Shown: piece by piece, positions 27,267 through 35,947 of the stretch
Position numbering within the stretch: position 1 is the stretch's first letter
How the letters are laid out: every line of letters starts with the position of its first letter
Assembly: GCA_015056865.1 (NCBI GenBank)
Contig: SVFM01000002.1
Location: 65,791 to 129,790 of the forward strand
Source of the DNA: Lachnospiraceae bacterium
Lineage (GTDB): Bacteria > Bacillota > Clostridia > Lachnospirales > Lachnospiraceae
Length of the DNA: 64,000 nucleotides
Direction of reading: 5' to 3'
Notes under the pieces: generated by a model
Database searches by the model: none
What the model was told of the DNA's origin: nothing
Seen by the model: only the letters and a program-made list of their open reading frames with translations
Made by a program: the position numbers and the translations under genes

Positions 27267-27725
27267 TTACTTAGGAATATCCGCATACTGTCTGACATAA
27301 TCACTTCCCTCATTGGTGTACGTAATGATCTGTCCCTCAGACGCATAGGTCATTCCCAACTCACCAATGGCAATTCGCTTGATCTCCTCCAGATCAATGT
27401 CTGTAATGATATTGGTGTATGTCTCATCGTTGGTCTGCTTGAGCGTATTCAACTGGCTTTCCAGCTTGGCGATCTGTCCCACATGACTGCTCATGTCAAA
27501 CTGAAGCTGAATGTAGTTGATCAACACATATCCTGCAACCAAAAGCGCTGTGACCAAGAAAAGAACATATCCCACACTCATATGGTTGGCCTTTTCCCGA
27601 TTCTTTCTGGCTACATCACTAAGCCCCTTTCTGGGCTGCTCTTCAATGGCTCTTCTAACGTCAAGCTTTCTGACTGTATTTCCATCTATATAAGTTCTTT
27701 GGTATGTAGTTTGTCGTGATGCCAT
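27267..27725 (-). CDS. ftsL: cell division protein FtsL-like
   Basis: Single TM (VGYVLFLVTALLVAGYVLI) followed by a coiled-coil. It lies between rsmH and the PBP genes. Confidence 0.7.
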   Translation of the reverse strand: MASRQTTYQRTYIDGNTVRKLDVRRAIEEQPRKGLSDVARKNREKANHMSVGYVLFLVTALLVAGYVLINYIQLQFDMSSHVGQIAKLESQLNTLKQTNDETYTNIITDIDLEEIKRIAIGELGMTYASEGQIITYTNEGSDYVRQYADIPK

Positions 27726-27747
27726 GACGTTCTACCTTCTTTCCTGC

Positions 27748-28686
27748 TTATTCCATACTTTTTTCAAATACTCTAAGTTTTGCACTTTTGGAGCGGCTGT
27801 TCTCCTCCAGTTCCTCCTGGGAGGGCAAAATCGGCTTTCTGGTGATCACTGTTCCCTTAGACTTTTTGCCGCAGACACACACTGGAAAATGAGGCGGGCA
27901 GGTGCACGGGCTTTCTGCATCCTTAAAAGCCATTTTCACAATTCGATCCTCCAAAGAATGAAATGTGATGATACAAAGTCTTCCTCCGGGTTGCAGCAAT
28001 TCAATCATATCCTCTAAAGAGTTCTTTAACACCTCAAGCTCATGATTGCACTCGATGCGAATGGCTTGAAAGGTTCTCTTGGACGGATGCCCGTCCTGAC
28101 GCATCTTGGCCGGTATGGCAGCCTTGATGATCTCGGTCAGCTGACCGGTGGTTTCAATGGGCTGTTTTGCTCTGGCCGCTACAATGTGCTTTGCTATGTT
28201 CTTTGCAAACTTGTCCTCGCCGTAATCTCTGATGATGCGAAAAAGTTCCATCTCCGAATACTGGTTCACGATTTCTCTGGCGGTCAATGTCTGGCGCCTA
28301 TCCATCCGCATATCCAAAGCAGTGTCATATTTGTAGGAGAAACCTCTCTCCAAGGTGTCCAGTTGATAGGAGGAAACCCCCAGATCCAACAAAATACCAT
28401 TCACCTTAGATACGCCCTGTTCCTCCATGACTGCTTTCATATTGCAGTAGTTGCTGCGAATAAGCGTTATCTTATCCGTGTATCCGGACAACCTTGCACC
28501 GGCTGCAGCAATGGCAGCATCGTCCTGATCGATCCCATAAAAGCTACCCTTTGCCCCGAGCCTCTTTACCACTTCCAAAGCATGTCCACCACCGCCCAAA
28601 GTGCCGTCCACATAGATGCCGTCAGGCTGAATATTCAGATGTTCCAAAGTCTCACCGAGCATCACGGAATAATGTTTGAATTCCAT
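27748..28686 (-). CDS. rsmH: 16S rRNA (cytosine1402-N4)-methyltransferase
   Basis: [22 protein letters not shown] and ITFHSLEDR motifs. Confidence 0.96.
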   Translation of the reverse strand: MEFKHYSVMLGETLEHLNIQPDGIYVDGTLGGGGHALEVVKRLGAKGSFYGIDQDDAAIAAAGARLSGYTDKITLIRSNYCNMKAVMEEQGVSKVNGILLDLGVSSYQLDTLERGFSYKYDTALDMRMDRRQTLTAREIVNQYSEMELFRIIRDYGEDKFAKNIAKHIVAARAKQPIETTGQLTEIIKAAIPAKMRQDGHPSKRTFQAIRIECNHELEVLKNSLEDMIELLQPGGRLCIITFHSLEDRIVKMAFKDAESPCTCPPHFPVCVCGKKSKGTVITRKPILPSQEELEENSRSKSAKLRVFEKSME

Positions 28687-28699
28687 TTTTCGCCTCTTT

Positions 28700-29131
28700 T
28701 TAAATGATCAGTCCAAGTTCTGTCATATGGGCCGTCACTTCTTCCATATCGTCATAAGTAACGGTTCCTTCGTATCTCTCCTTGCTCCATATTTCCACTC
28801 TGCCACCCACACCGATCAATGTTACATCCTTTTCCAGTGCGGCAAAATCACGAAGCACAGACGGTATCAAAATTCTTCCCTGCTTGTCCACCTCCGCAGT
28901 GGTTGCTCCTGCCAGGAAGAAACGAGTAAACTTACGGGCGTCCGGACTGTTCAGCGGCAATCCCTTCAATTTTTGCTCAAAGGCCTGCCATTCATGGTTG
29001 TCATACACAAACAGGCAGCCATCCAATCCTTTCGTTACCACGAATTCGTCTCCCAGAATTTCGCGGAATTTGGAAGGAATGATCAACCTGCCTTTCGCGT
29101 CTATCGTATGATTGTACTCACCCATGAACAT
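28700..29131 (-). CDS. mraZ: transcriptional regulator MraZ
   Basis: [23 protein letters not shown] plus a second DKQGRILIP repeat. ATG at 29131. Confidence 0.95.
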   Translation of the reverse strand: MFMGEYNHTIDAKGRLIIPSKFREILGDEFVVTKGLDGCLFVYDNHEWQAFEQKLKGLPLNSPDARKFTRFFLAGATTAEVDKQGRILIPSVLRDFAALEKDVTLIGVGGRVEIWSKERYEGTVTYDDMEEVTAHMTELGLII

Positions 29132-29201
29132 GTCCAATCACCCACCTTCAAAAGTAGCCTGCCACAGAAAATGGTATTCTTGTCACAAGCAGCTGATTTT
29201 T

Positions 29202-29241
29202 CACCACTTTTTACCACTTGTCTCCACTTTCCACCACTTTT
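29202..29241 (-). promoter_or_regulatory. MraZ operator: four direct AAGTGG-type repeats with exact 10-nt phasing
   Basis: ccact occurs on the plus strand at 29204, 29214, 29224 and 29234, which reads AGTGG on the mraZ strand. The array is 70-110 nt upstream of the mraZ ATG. A TATAAA -10-like hexamer lies just upstream on the minus strand. Confidence 0.65.
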
Positions 29242-29289
29242 ACTATGATTTTATACTAAAATAGCCCATATGGCAAGCAAAATCAATAA

Positions 29290-29337
29290 AAAAGTATAAA
29301 AAAAATGCGTCCTGCAAATAGCTTGCAAAACGCATTT
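29290..29337 (-). terminator. Rho-independent terminator downstream of lgt
   Basis: Stem aaatgcg..tgcaa/ttgca..cgcattt (29303-29337), followed on the minus strand by a long T-run (TTTTTTTTATACTTTTTT). Confidence 0.6.
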
Positions 29338-29386
29338 CTATATATTGTAGTTTGCTTTTGGAGTGCCACAATATCTGGATGCAGCT

Positions 29387-30331
29387 CTATTTTTCCTCGG
29401 TAGATTGGCATTCCGTTGCCTCGCCACAGGCATCCTTTTCCATGCTCATTCCGCCAATGTTTAACCCCTTGCGAATCCGCACACGCACAATAATATCTGC
29501 AAGAATCGCTCCTACAAAGCAAAGAATTCCGATCAACTGGGACACAGCAATCTGGGTCCCTGGTATGAGAAGCCGATCCGTGCGGATGCCCTCAATAATA
29601 AATCTTCCCAGTCCATAGCCGCCAAAATAGATCAGGCACACCTCTCCATAGAACTTCTGCCGCTTGCGGTACAAAAACATGATTGCCAAGATCATCACGT
29701 TCCACAAACTCTCATACAAAAAGGTGGGCTGCACCTGAATATAGTTGGTCCCTTCTGTCATGTGGGATGCAATATCCTGGGTGATATCGCTTTTATCACG
29801 CACCGCCGCCTCCGGTATCCGCATGGCAAACAATCCATCGGAATATCCGCCAAACACTTCGCGGTTGATAAAGTTGCCCCAACGGCCGATGATCTGTCCC
29901 AAAATCAATCCATAGGCTCCTGTGTCAGCCATCCGGAAGGGATTCTGTTTCTTGATCCTGCAATAGATTAGCAATGTTATCACAGCACCAATGACCGCTC
30001 CGTAGATCGCCATACCGCCCTGCCGTATATTAAAGACACTGAGCAGATCATCCTTATAGGCATCCCACTGAAAGACCACATAATAAATTCTGGCACCGAT
30101 AATGGAAAAGATCACTGCATACACGGCAAAATCCCAATACACCTCCTGATTCTGCCCGGTCACTTTAGCCATGTGCACTGCCAACAAGATGCCCAGCAGC
30201 ACACCCACGCCTATGATCAATCCGTAATAAGCAATCTCAAAACCAAATACAGAAAAACTCTTCGGCACGTCTTTCAAATAGATTCCCAGATTAGGAAATG
30301 CAATATCCATGCTTCCCATGATATCCTGCAT
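29387..30331 (-). CDS. lgt: prolipoprotein diacylglyceryl transferase
   Basis: Polytopic protein with GRWGNFINREVFG and GLGRFIIEGIRTD motifs. Confidence 0.93.
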   Translation of the reverse strand: MQDIMGSMDIAFPNLGIYLKDVPKSFSVFGFEIAYYGLIIGVGVLLGILLAVHMAKVTGQNQEVYWDFAVYAVIFSIIGARIYYVVFQWDAYKDDLLSVFNIRQGGMAIYGAVIGAVITLLIYCRIKKQNPFRMADTGAYGLILGQIIGRWGNFINREVFGGYSDGLFAMRIPEAAVRDKSDITQDIASHMTEGTNYIQVQPTFLYESLWNVMILAIMFLYRKRQKFYGEVCLIYFGGYGLGRFIIEGIRTDRLLIPGTQIAVSQLIGILCFVGAILADIIVRVRIRKGLNIGGMSMEKDACGEATECQSTEEK

Positions 30332-30374
30332 GCTCCACCATTCCTTTCCGCCTGGTTTCCCCGGCCATAGCCTG

Positions 30375-31472
30375 TTATACGTTAAACCTAAACAGGATCA
30401 CATCCCCATCCTGTACCACATATTCCTTACCTTCCATACGCACCAAACCCTTTTCCCGGGCTGCTGCCAATGATTTCATCTCCAAAAGATCCCGGTAATT
30501 TACCACCTCGGCCTTAATAAACCCACGCTCAAAATCCGAATGAATCTTTCCTGCAGCCTGCGGCGCTTTGGTTCCGATCTTAATGGTCCATGCTCTGGTC
30601 TCATCCTCCCCGGAGGTCAAAAAGCTCATAAGTCCCAGTGTGCTATAGCTGGCCTTGATCAGCTTTTCCAGACCGGACTCACTAAGCCCAAGATCCTCCA
30701 AAAACATAGCCTTTTCATCCTCTTCCAGTTCTGCGATCTCCTGCTCGATCTGGGCACAGATCACAAACGTTTCACTGTTTTCCTCTGCCGCAAAGGCTCT
30801 TACCTTTGCAACGCCTTCATTGGAAACACCGTCATCTGCCAGGTCATCTTCTGCCACATTCGCCGCATAGATCACAGGCTTGTAGGTCAGCAGATTATAG
30901 GATTTGAACCATTCCGCCTCATCCTCATCCTCCACCTCCAGACTCTTAGCCATCTTGCCGCTCTCCAGATGGGCCTGAATACGCTCAAGAAGCGCCAGCT
31001 CCTTGCCTGCAGTCTTGTCCATTCTGGCAGTCTTGCCCACCTTGGCAATTCTTCTTTCCAGAATCTCCAGATCAGAAAAGATCAGTTCCAAATTGATGGT
31101 CTCAATATCCCGCAAAGGATCCACACTGCCGTCCACATGGATCACATTAGAGTCCTCAAAGCAACGCACCACGTGCACAATGGCATCCACCTCCCGGATG
31201 TTGCTCAGGAACTGATTGCCCAAGCCTTCCCCCTTGGATGCGCCTTTTACCAGACCTGCGATATCCACAAACTCGATCACCGCCGGGGTTACTTTCTTGG
31301 ATTGATACAGATCCCCCAGAAGTCTCAATCGCTCGTCAGGTACGGCTACGATGCCAACGTTAGGATCAATGGTGCAGAACGGATAATTGGCCGACTCGGC
31401 ACCCGCCTTGGTCAGGGAATTAAAAAGTGTGCTCTTACCCACGTTGGGCAAGCCTACGATACCTAGTTTCAT
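30375..31472 (-). CDS. ychF: redox-regulated ATPase YchF
   Basis: [15 protein letters not shown] and the C-terminal TGS-like [18 protein letters not shown]. Confidence 0.96.
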   Translation of the reverse strand: MKLGIVGLPNVGKSTLFNSLTKAGAESANYPFCTIDPNVGIVAVPDERLRLLGDLYQSKKVTPAVIEFVDIAGLVKGASKGEGLGNQFLSNIREVDAIVHVVRCFEDSNVIHVDGSVDPLRDIETINLELIFSDLEILERRIAKVGKTARMDKTAGKELALLERIQAHLESGKMAKSLEVEDEDEAEWFKSYNLLTYKPVIYAANVAEDDLADDGVSNEGVAKVRAFAAEENSETFVICAQIEQEIAELEEDEKAMFLEDLGLSESGLEKLIKASYSTLGLMSFLTSGEDETRAWTIKIGTKAPQAAGKIHSDFERGFIKAEVVNYRDLLEMKSLAAAREKGLVRMEGKEYVVQDGDVILFRFNV

Positions 31473-31663
31473 AATTGATTCTATCTCCTTAAATTTGCTT
31501 TATTCTCTTAAAAGTAACTGTTGTACCAGATTATCACAAAAAAGAGCCTAATACAACTCAATAAGTGTATCATAAACAGGCTCTCTTTTCAATATTTGCC
31601 ATGCTTTTTACGAAGATTTTCTTCTCACATTTTCTCACACGATACAAAAATTCATAAAATCTC

Positions 31664-31692
31664 TTGACGCATACTTAGTTGTCTGTTATACT
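31664..31692 (+). promoter_or_regulatory. sigma-A type promoter for the plus-strand islet genes
   Basis: TTGACG (31664-31669), a 17-nt spacer, then TATACT (31687-31692), about 58 nt upstream of the ATG at 31750. Confidence 0.55.
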
Positions 31693-31749
31693 TTCAGTAA
31701 GCATATTGCGCACGTGCTAATGTTTGCCTAGGGAAGGAAAGAATACAAA

Positions 31750-32259
31750 ATGGATATCATCAAAGAATTAGAAGCTATGCGTAAAAGAATCATTCAAGAG
31801 ATCAATATGGAGATTGATCTTTTGATCGAACGGGCGAAATCCGAGGGGCTGACTATGGACACTCCCATTTTTGAAGAAGCTTATGAAAGCACCTTCCCTC
31901 TGGCAGCCGGGAGCAAAATCTTCAAGGGGACCAAACCTACCAATGTCATTTTTCCGGATGGAACCTGCATCCATGTCTCCACCTGGAAGCAAGTGGTGGA
32001 TGTGATCATGACACAATGCCTCTCTGATCCGATCCACAAAAAACGCCTGTTAGACTTGTGCGGCAACATTTCCGGCAGAAAAAGGGTGCTGCTTTCCAAC
32101 ACCAGCCTTGGCATGAGAAGTCCTCTTCTGCTGTGTGAGCATCTATTCATGGAAACACACTATGACACAGAAACCCTTCTGAACGTGTTGACCTTTCGCA
32201 TCTTAGATGCGATTCAATATGACTATACCGGGATTCAGATTGCCATTCGCAATCGATAA
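31750..32259 (+). CDS. hypothetical protein (169 aa)
   Basis: Clean ORF with a GGGAAGGAAAG RBS. No family recognised by eye. Confidence 0.5.
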   Translation: MDIIKELEAMRKRIIQEINMEIDLLIERAKSEGLTMDTPIFEEAYESTFPLAAGSKIFKGTKPTNVIFPDGTCIHVSTWKQVVDVIMTQCLSDPIHKKRLLDLCGNISGRKRVLLSNTSLGMRSPLLLCEHLFMETHYDTETLLNVLTFRILDAIQYDYTGIQIAIRNR

Positions 32260-32415
32260 GAAATGGGGGAATGAACGTTGGGCAATCACCAAAAGACAAA
32301 GCAGGATCCTATCACCTCACTGCTTGAATCCGATAGTTTCTTGGATCTGGATCCAGCCATTCAAAAACAAATCATATGCTCTATCAATCAGAGCAAGGAT
32401 AAAACAGGAGGCATC

Positions 32416-32628
32416 ATGGGTAAGCTGCTTGGAAATAAGCCTGCCAATCTTGCCATACACGCCATCCTGATTCTCTGTCTCATACTCCTTCTTCTGATCC
32501 TGATCGATAATTTATATGCCTATCGGACCGGTACTGCTATCAACATGGAATTAATAAATATCATTATCCCGGTCATCACCCTGGCCATCGGATATATTAT
32601 CGGAAAAGGAACAAATGATAACTGTTAA
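32416..32628 (+). CDS. small two-TM membrane protein (70 aa)
   Basis: ATG at 32416 preceded by ACAGGAGG. The track start at 32278 is a TTG with no RBS. Two hydrophobic segments. Confidence 0.45.
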   Translation: MGKLLGNKPANLAIHAILILCLILLLLILIDNLYAYRTGTAINMELINIIIPVITLAIGYIIGKGTNDNC

Positions 32629-32630
32629 AA

Positions 32631-32665
32631 ACGAGGACAGCCTTTTCATGATCCGCTGTCCTCGT
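32631..32665. terminator. bidirectional hairpin between convergent genes
   Basis: Perfect 11-bp stem acgaggacagc/gctgtcctcgt with a 13-nt loop. Confidence 0.5.
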
Positions 32666-32670
32666 GTCCG

Positions 32671-33759
32671 TTATCTAATAAATTCTTTCCTCATGACCTC
32701 CAGGTTTTCCTTTGCAAGTTCAGAGAGTCCCTCCTCCTTTGCAATCAGTTCAATCTCCTGCAGCATCAGTTTATAATTCGCCGCCTTAGGCTCGCCGCCA
32801 TAATACCGCATGATGTTCTCTTTATAAAATTTTTTCAGAATATCATCCGGCATAGGCATAGGAGTAAACTCTTCCTCAAACTCGTATATCTTTTCTGTCT
32901 CCTCAAAGAATCCCCGTACTACATGCACCAGCGCATGGGGTTCCTTTTTTTCCACATCCTTGGTGTTGGATCCGATATCCGTTCCGTAGATGATGCGATC
33001 CGCATTTCTAGTCAAAAACTCTCTCCAGATTTCCGGCTTATCCTGAAAATCAAAGTACATGAACAAACTGGGGGTTAAGTCAAAGGAAAGATTCTCATAC
33101 TTATCCAGCCACTGCTGTGCCCAATCCGGATGCCAGGTGATAAAGGCAAAGTGGGCCACCACGATCTTTAATTTGGGGAACTTATCCATCATACTTGTAA
33201 AATCCCGGAACATATCGTGAAGATGCACAGGGCAATCCTTCACATGCCATTTTCTCTGGCTTTCCGGCACATCCTCTATGTTGCCAAAGCAGGCCTCCGG
33301 TCCTCCCAAATGAATGGTGATGGGCATGCCCGTCTCTTCCATGAATGCAAAATACTTGTCATACCTGGGATCTGCCAAAGGAATATAGGGAAATCCCTTC
33401 CGATAACATCCAATGGGATAAAACATTTTGATCCCGTCATAACCGCAGGCATGATAATACTTGGCCTGTTCCAGAAAATAGGTTCCGTCATCATCCACGG
33501 GAAAATCCTTATAGTGCAGGCCGGCGTAAGCATAGACTCTGGGACTGAGCACCTTCTTTAAGTACATAGATTTCAGATTTTCATCCCGCATTGCGCCTCC
33601 GTTTGGATTGTCATGGATGGACATAATGGCTATGGTCTCGTAGCCAAACTCCTCCAGAATCCACTTGTGAAAGGCCACGGTTTCTTCCATAGACTGCTCC
33701 CGCCAAACATGCATGTGACTGTCCCGAATAGGTATCTTCCTGTAATTGTCCTTTTCCAT
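32671..33759 (-). CDS. amidohydrolase-family (TIM-barrel metal-dependent hydrolase) protein
   Basis: IRDSHMHVW metal-binding motif near the N-terminus, ITIHLGG and VVAHFA. Resembles amidohydrolase_2. Confidence 0.65.
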   Translation of the reverse strand: MEKDNYRKIPIRDSHMHVWREQSMEETVAFHKWILEEFGYETIAIMSIHDNPNGGAMRDENLKSMYLKKVLSPRVYAYAGLHYKDFPVDDDGTYFLEQAKYYHACGYDGIKMFYPIGCYRKGFPYIPLADPRYDKYFAFMEETGMPITIHLGGPEACFGNIEDVPESQRKWHVKDCPVHLHDMFRDFTSMMDKFPKLKIVVAHFAFITWHPDWAQQWLDKYENLSFDLTPSLFMYFDFQDKPEIWREFLTRNADRIIYGTDIGSNTKDVEKKEPHALVHVVRGFFEETEKIYEFEEEFTPMPMPDDILKKFYKENIMRYYGGEPKAANYKLMLQEIELIAKEEGLSELAKENLEVMRKEFIR

Positions 33760-33801
33760 TTCGTTTTCCTCCGGATATTCGTTTATCTTTTAAAACTTCG
33801 T

Positions 33802-35022
33802 TCACTGTACGTTTAATATGCCGCCGCTCACATAGATATATTTACCGGCCAGATAGTGCTGCTTGATGGCCCGCATCAGGCTGGTATCCTCCGGCAGGCT
33901 GGCATAATCTTTACATGGCTTTTTGAACACAAATTGAAATACATCATCATATTCACTATACTCATAGGGATATAGCACATAACTTTTTTGAAACTTTGCA
34001 ATATTGGAATCCTCTTTTACCATGCCCATCAGCTGTGAATCCATCAGCCAGGACTGACAGAAAAAGGCCTTATAGGTAAACTCCGGATAACACTCCCGCA
34101 AGATGCGCTTTACTTCCTCATAAGACCCTCGGATTTCTTCCTCATCAAAAGATCCGCCACCCGGTATATGTACACTGATGACCGGATCTCCATGCTCCAA
34201 AAACTTCTCCCAAGTATCCTTGAAAAGTTTTATCTTCTCCTGCCGGATATAACCCCTTTCATCCACCGGATATCCTTCGTAAAACTCCTCTGTTTCCAGC
34301 ACTTCGCAGTAAAATGCCCCTTCTGTATCCGGCAAGCCTTTATAATGGATCCCCACACCGCTGGGATGGGCCGTCATCTTATCTGCAAGTATGCGAATCC
34401 TGCCGGTTTGATCTTTAAAGGCCATGATCCTGCCCAAAAAAGCCTGTCGCATCTCAAAGTTTAATCTGCCCACACGCATGATACTGTTCTGGATACACTG
34501 CAGCATCCAGCAAAAGTATAAGCTGTTATAAGCCGGATACCCCAGACGTTGCTCCATGGTAGTGAGGATACCCTCGTATTGCTTCAGTGCATATTCCAAG
34601 ATTTCTCCGGGCACCTTTCTTTCCTGCATGTTCTCTATAGCCTTGTCTACCAAAGGAAACAGTGCAAACAAGGGTGCAAGATCATAAGCCGGTTTTCCCA
34701 CTCCCTGCTCCATCCGGGGCAGAACCAGATCACTGTAGATCTCATCTGAGCTAAAACGCTGGGCCGCGCAGCTTAACATGCACACAAAAAGAAGAAGGGC
34801 ATCATTCTTTGCCAGCAACTGCCTGGCATGATCGATCTGGGCCACATATTTGTGAAACAAAGCGTGCTTTTGATGAAACGCCTCAAACACCGCCTTCTCA
34901 CAAAAAGGAAAACCCTGCTGATATAAAGCCACTCCTTCTTCATACACCATGGGAAAAACATGGGGTATACTGTCCATCCTTAACTCCGCAAAAAGTTCCT
35001 CAAGACTGAATATTCTTCTCAT
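33802..35022 (-). CDS. hypothetical protein (possibly GNAT-like acyltransferase-domain family)
   Basis: 406-aa ORF. The C-terminal SVHIPGGGSF..ECYPEF..FFCQSWLMD pattern recalls acyltransferase-domain proteins. Function assignment is weak. Confidence 0.35.
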   Translation of the reverse strand: MRRIFSLEELFAELRMDSIPHVFPMVYEEGVALYQQGFPFCEKAVFEAFHQKHALFHKYVAQIDHARQLLAKNDALLLFVCMLSCAAQRFSSDEIYSDLVLPRMEQGVGKPAYDLAPLFALFPLVDKAIENMQERKVPGEILEYALKQYEGILTTMEQRLGYPAYNSLYFCWMLQCIQNSIMRVGRLNFEMRQAFLGRIMAFKDQTGRIRILADKMTAHPSGVGIHYKGLPDTEGAFYCEVLETEEFYEGYPVDERGYIRQEKIKLFKDTWEKFLEHGDPVISVHIPGGGSFDEEEIRGSYEEVKRILRECYPEFTYKAFFCQSWLMDSQLMGMVKEDSNIAKFQKSYVLYPYEYSEYDDVFQFVFKKPCKDYASLPEDTSLMRAIKQHYLAGKYIYVSGGILNVQ

Positions 35023-35052
35023 ACTGCAAATCCTCTTTTCCTGTATGCAATA

Positions 35053-35934
35053 TTAATATTTCTTTTTACTCTTTAGTTCTTCATACAATATTTTATAATT
35101 CTCGTACCTGACAGAACTGATCCTTCCGTCAGCCAAAGCCTCTTTCACACCACACACCGGCTCCCCGATATGAGAGCATCCGCTGAATTGACAATTCTTT
35201 TCATACTCCGCAAATTCCGGATAAAAGGACTGCAACTGCTCTTTCTCCATATCAAACAGAAACAGGGAACTGAATCCCGGTGTGTCCATGATATAGGAAT
35301 TCCCGCCCAAAGCAATCAACTGGGTGTGCCTGGTGGTATGCTTACCCCGCTCAATTTTGCGGCTGATTTCACCAGTTTCCATATATACTCCTGTCTGCAG
35401 CCTATTGACCAAAGAGGACTTTCCTACACCGCTGGGTCCTGCCACCGTAGTAACTTTCCCGCACAGCAATTGCTGCAGATCTGACACCCCTGCATCACTG
35501 GGAGACACCGTACTGGAAAACACCACCTGATAACCACTTCGCTCGTAAACAGACTGTAGCTGCCCACACATTTCCTCCGAAGCCAGATCAGACTTGTTAA
35601 AACAGATAATACAGGGAAGGTTCTGTTGTTCCATCATAACCAAAAACCGATCCAACAGATTTAAGTTTGGACTGGGCTTTACCACAGAAAAAATTACCAG
35701 CGCCTGATCCACATTGGCTACCGCCGGTCGGATCAAAACGCTCCTTCTTGGCAGGATCTCTGTAATATTACCTTCCTTAGGTTCTTCACAGAGCACTTCC
35801 AGACACACATCGTCACCTACCAGAGGCCTGGTATTATCTTTGCGGAAAATTCCTTTGGCCTTACACTCGTAGACCCCTTTTTCCGTATGCACATCATAAC
35901 ATCCTGCAACACCCTTTATGATCTTTCCCTGCAT
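35053..35934 (-). CDS. rsgA: ribosome small subunit-dependent GTPase A
   Basis: Circularly permuted GTPase: NKSDL then GPSGVGKSSLVN, with a C-terminal zinc knuckle CQFSGCSHIGEPVC. Confidence 0.95.
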   Translation of the reverse strand: MQGKIIKGVAGCYDVHTEKGVYECKAKGIFRKDNTRPLVGDDVCLEVLCEEPKEGNITEILPRRSVLIRPAVANVDQALVIFSVVKPSPNLNLLDRFLVMMEQQNLPCIICFNKSDLASEEMCGQLQSVYERSGYQVVFSSTVSPSDAGVSDLQQLLCGKVTTVAGPSGVGKSSLVNRLQTGVYMETGEISRKIERGKHTTRHTQLIALGGNSYIMDTPGFSSLFLFDMEKEQLQSFYPEFAEYEKNCQFSGCSHIGEPVCGVKEALADGRISSVRYENYKILYEELKSKKKY

Positions 35935-35947
35935 AATCGTCTCTTCG

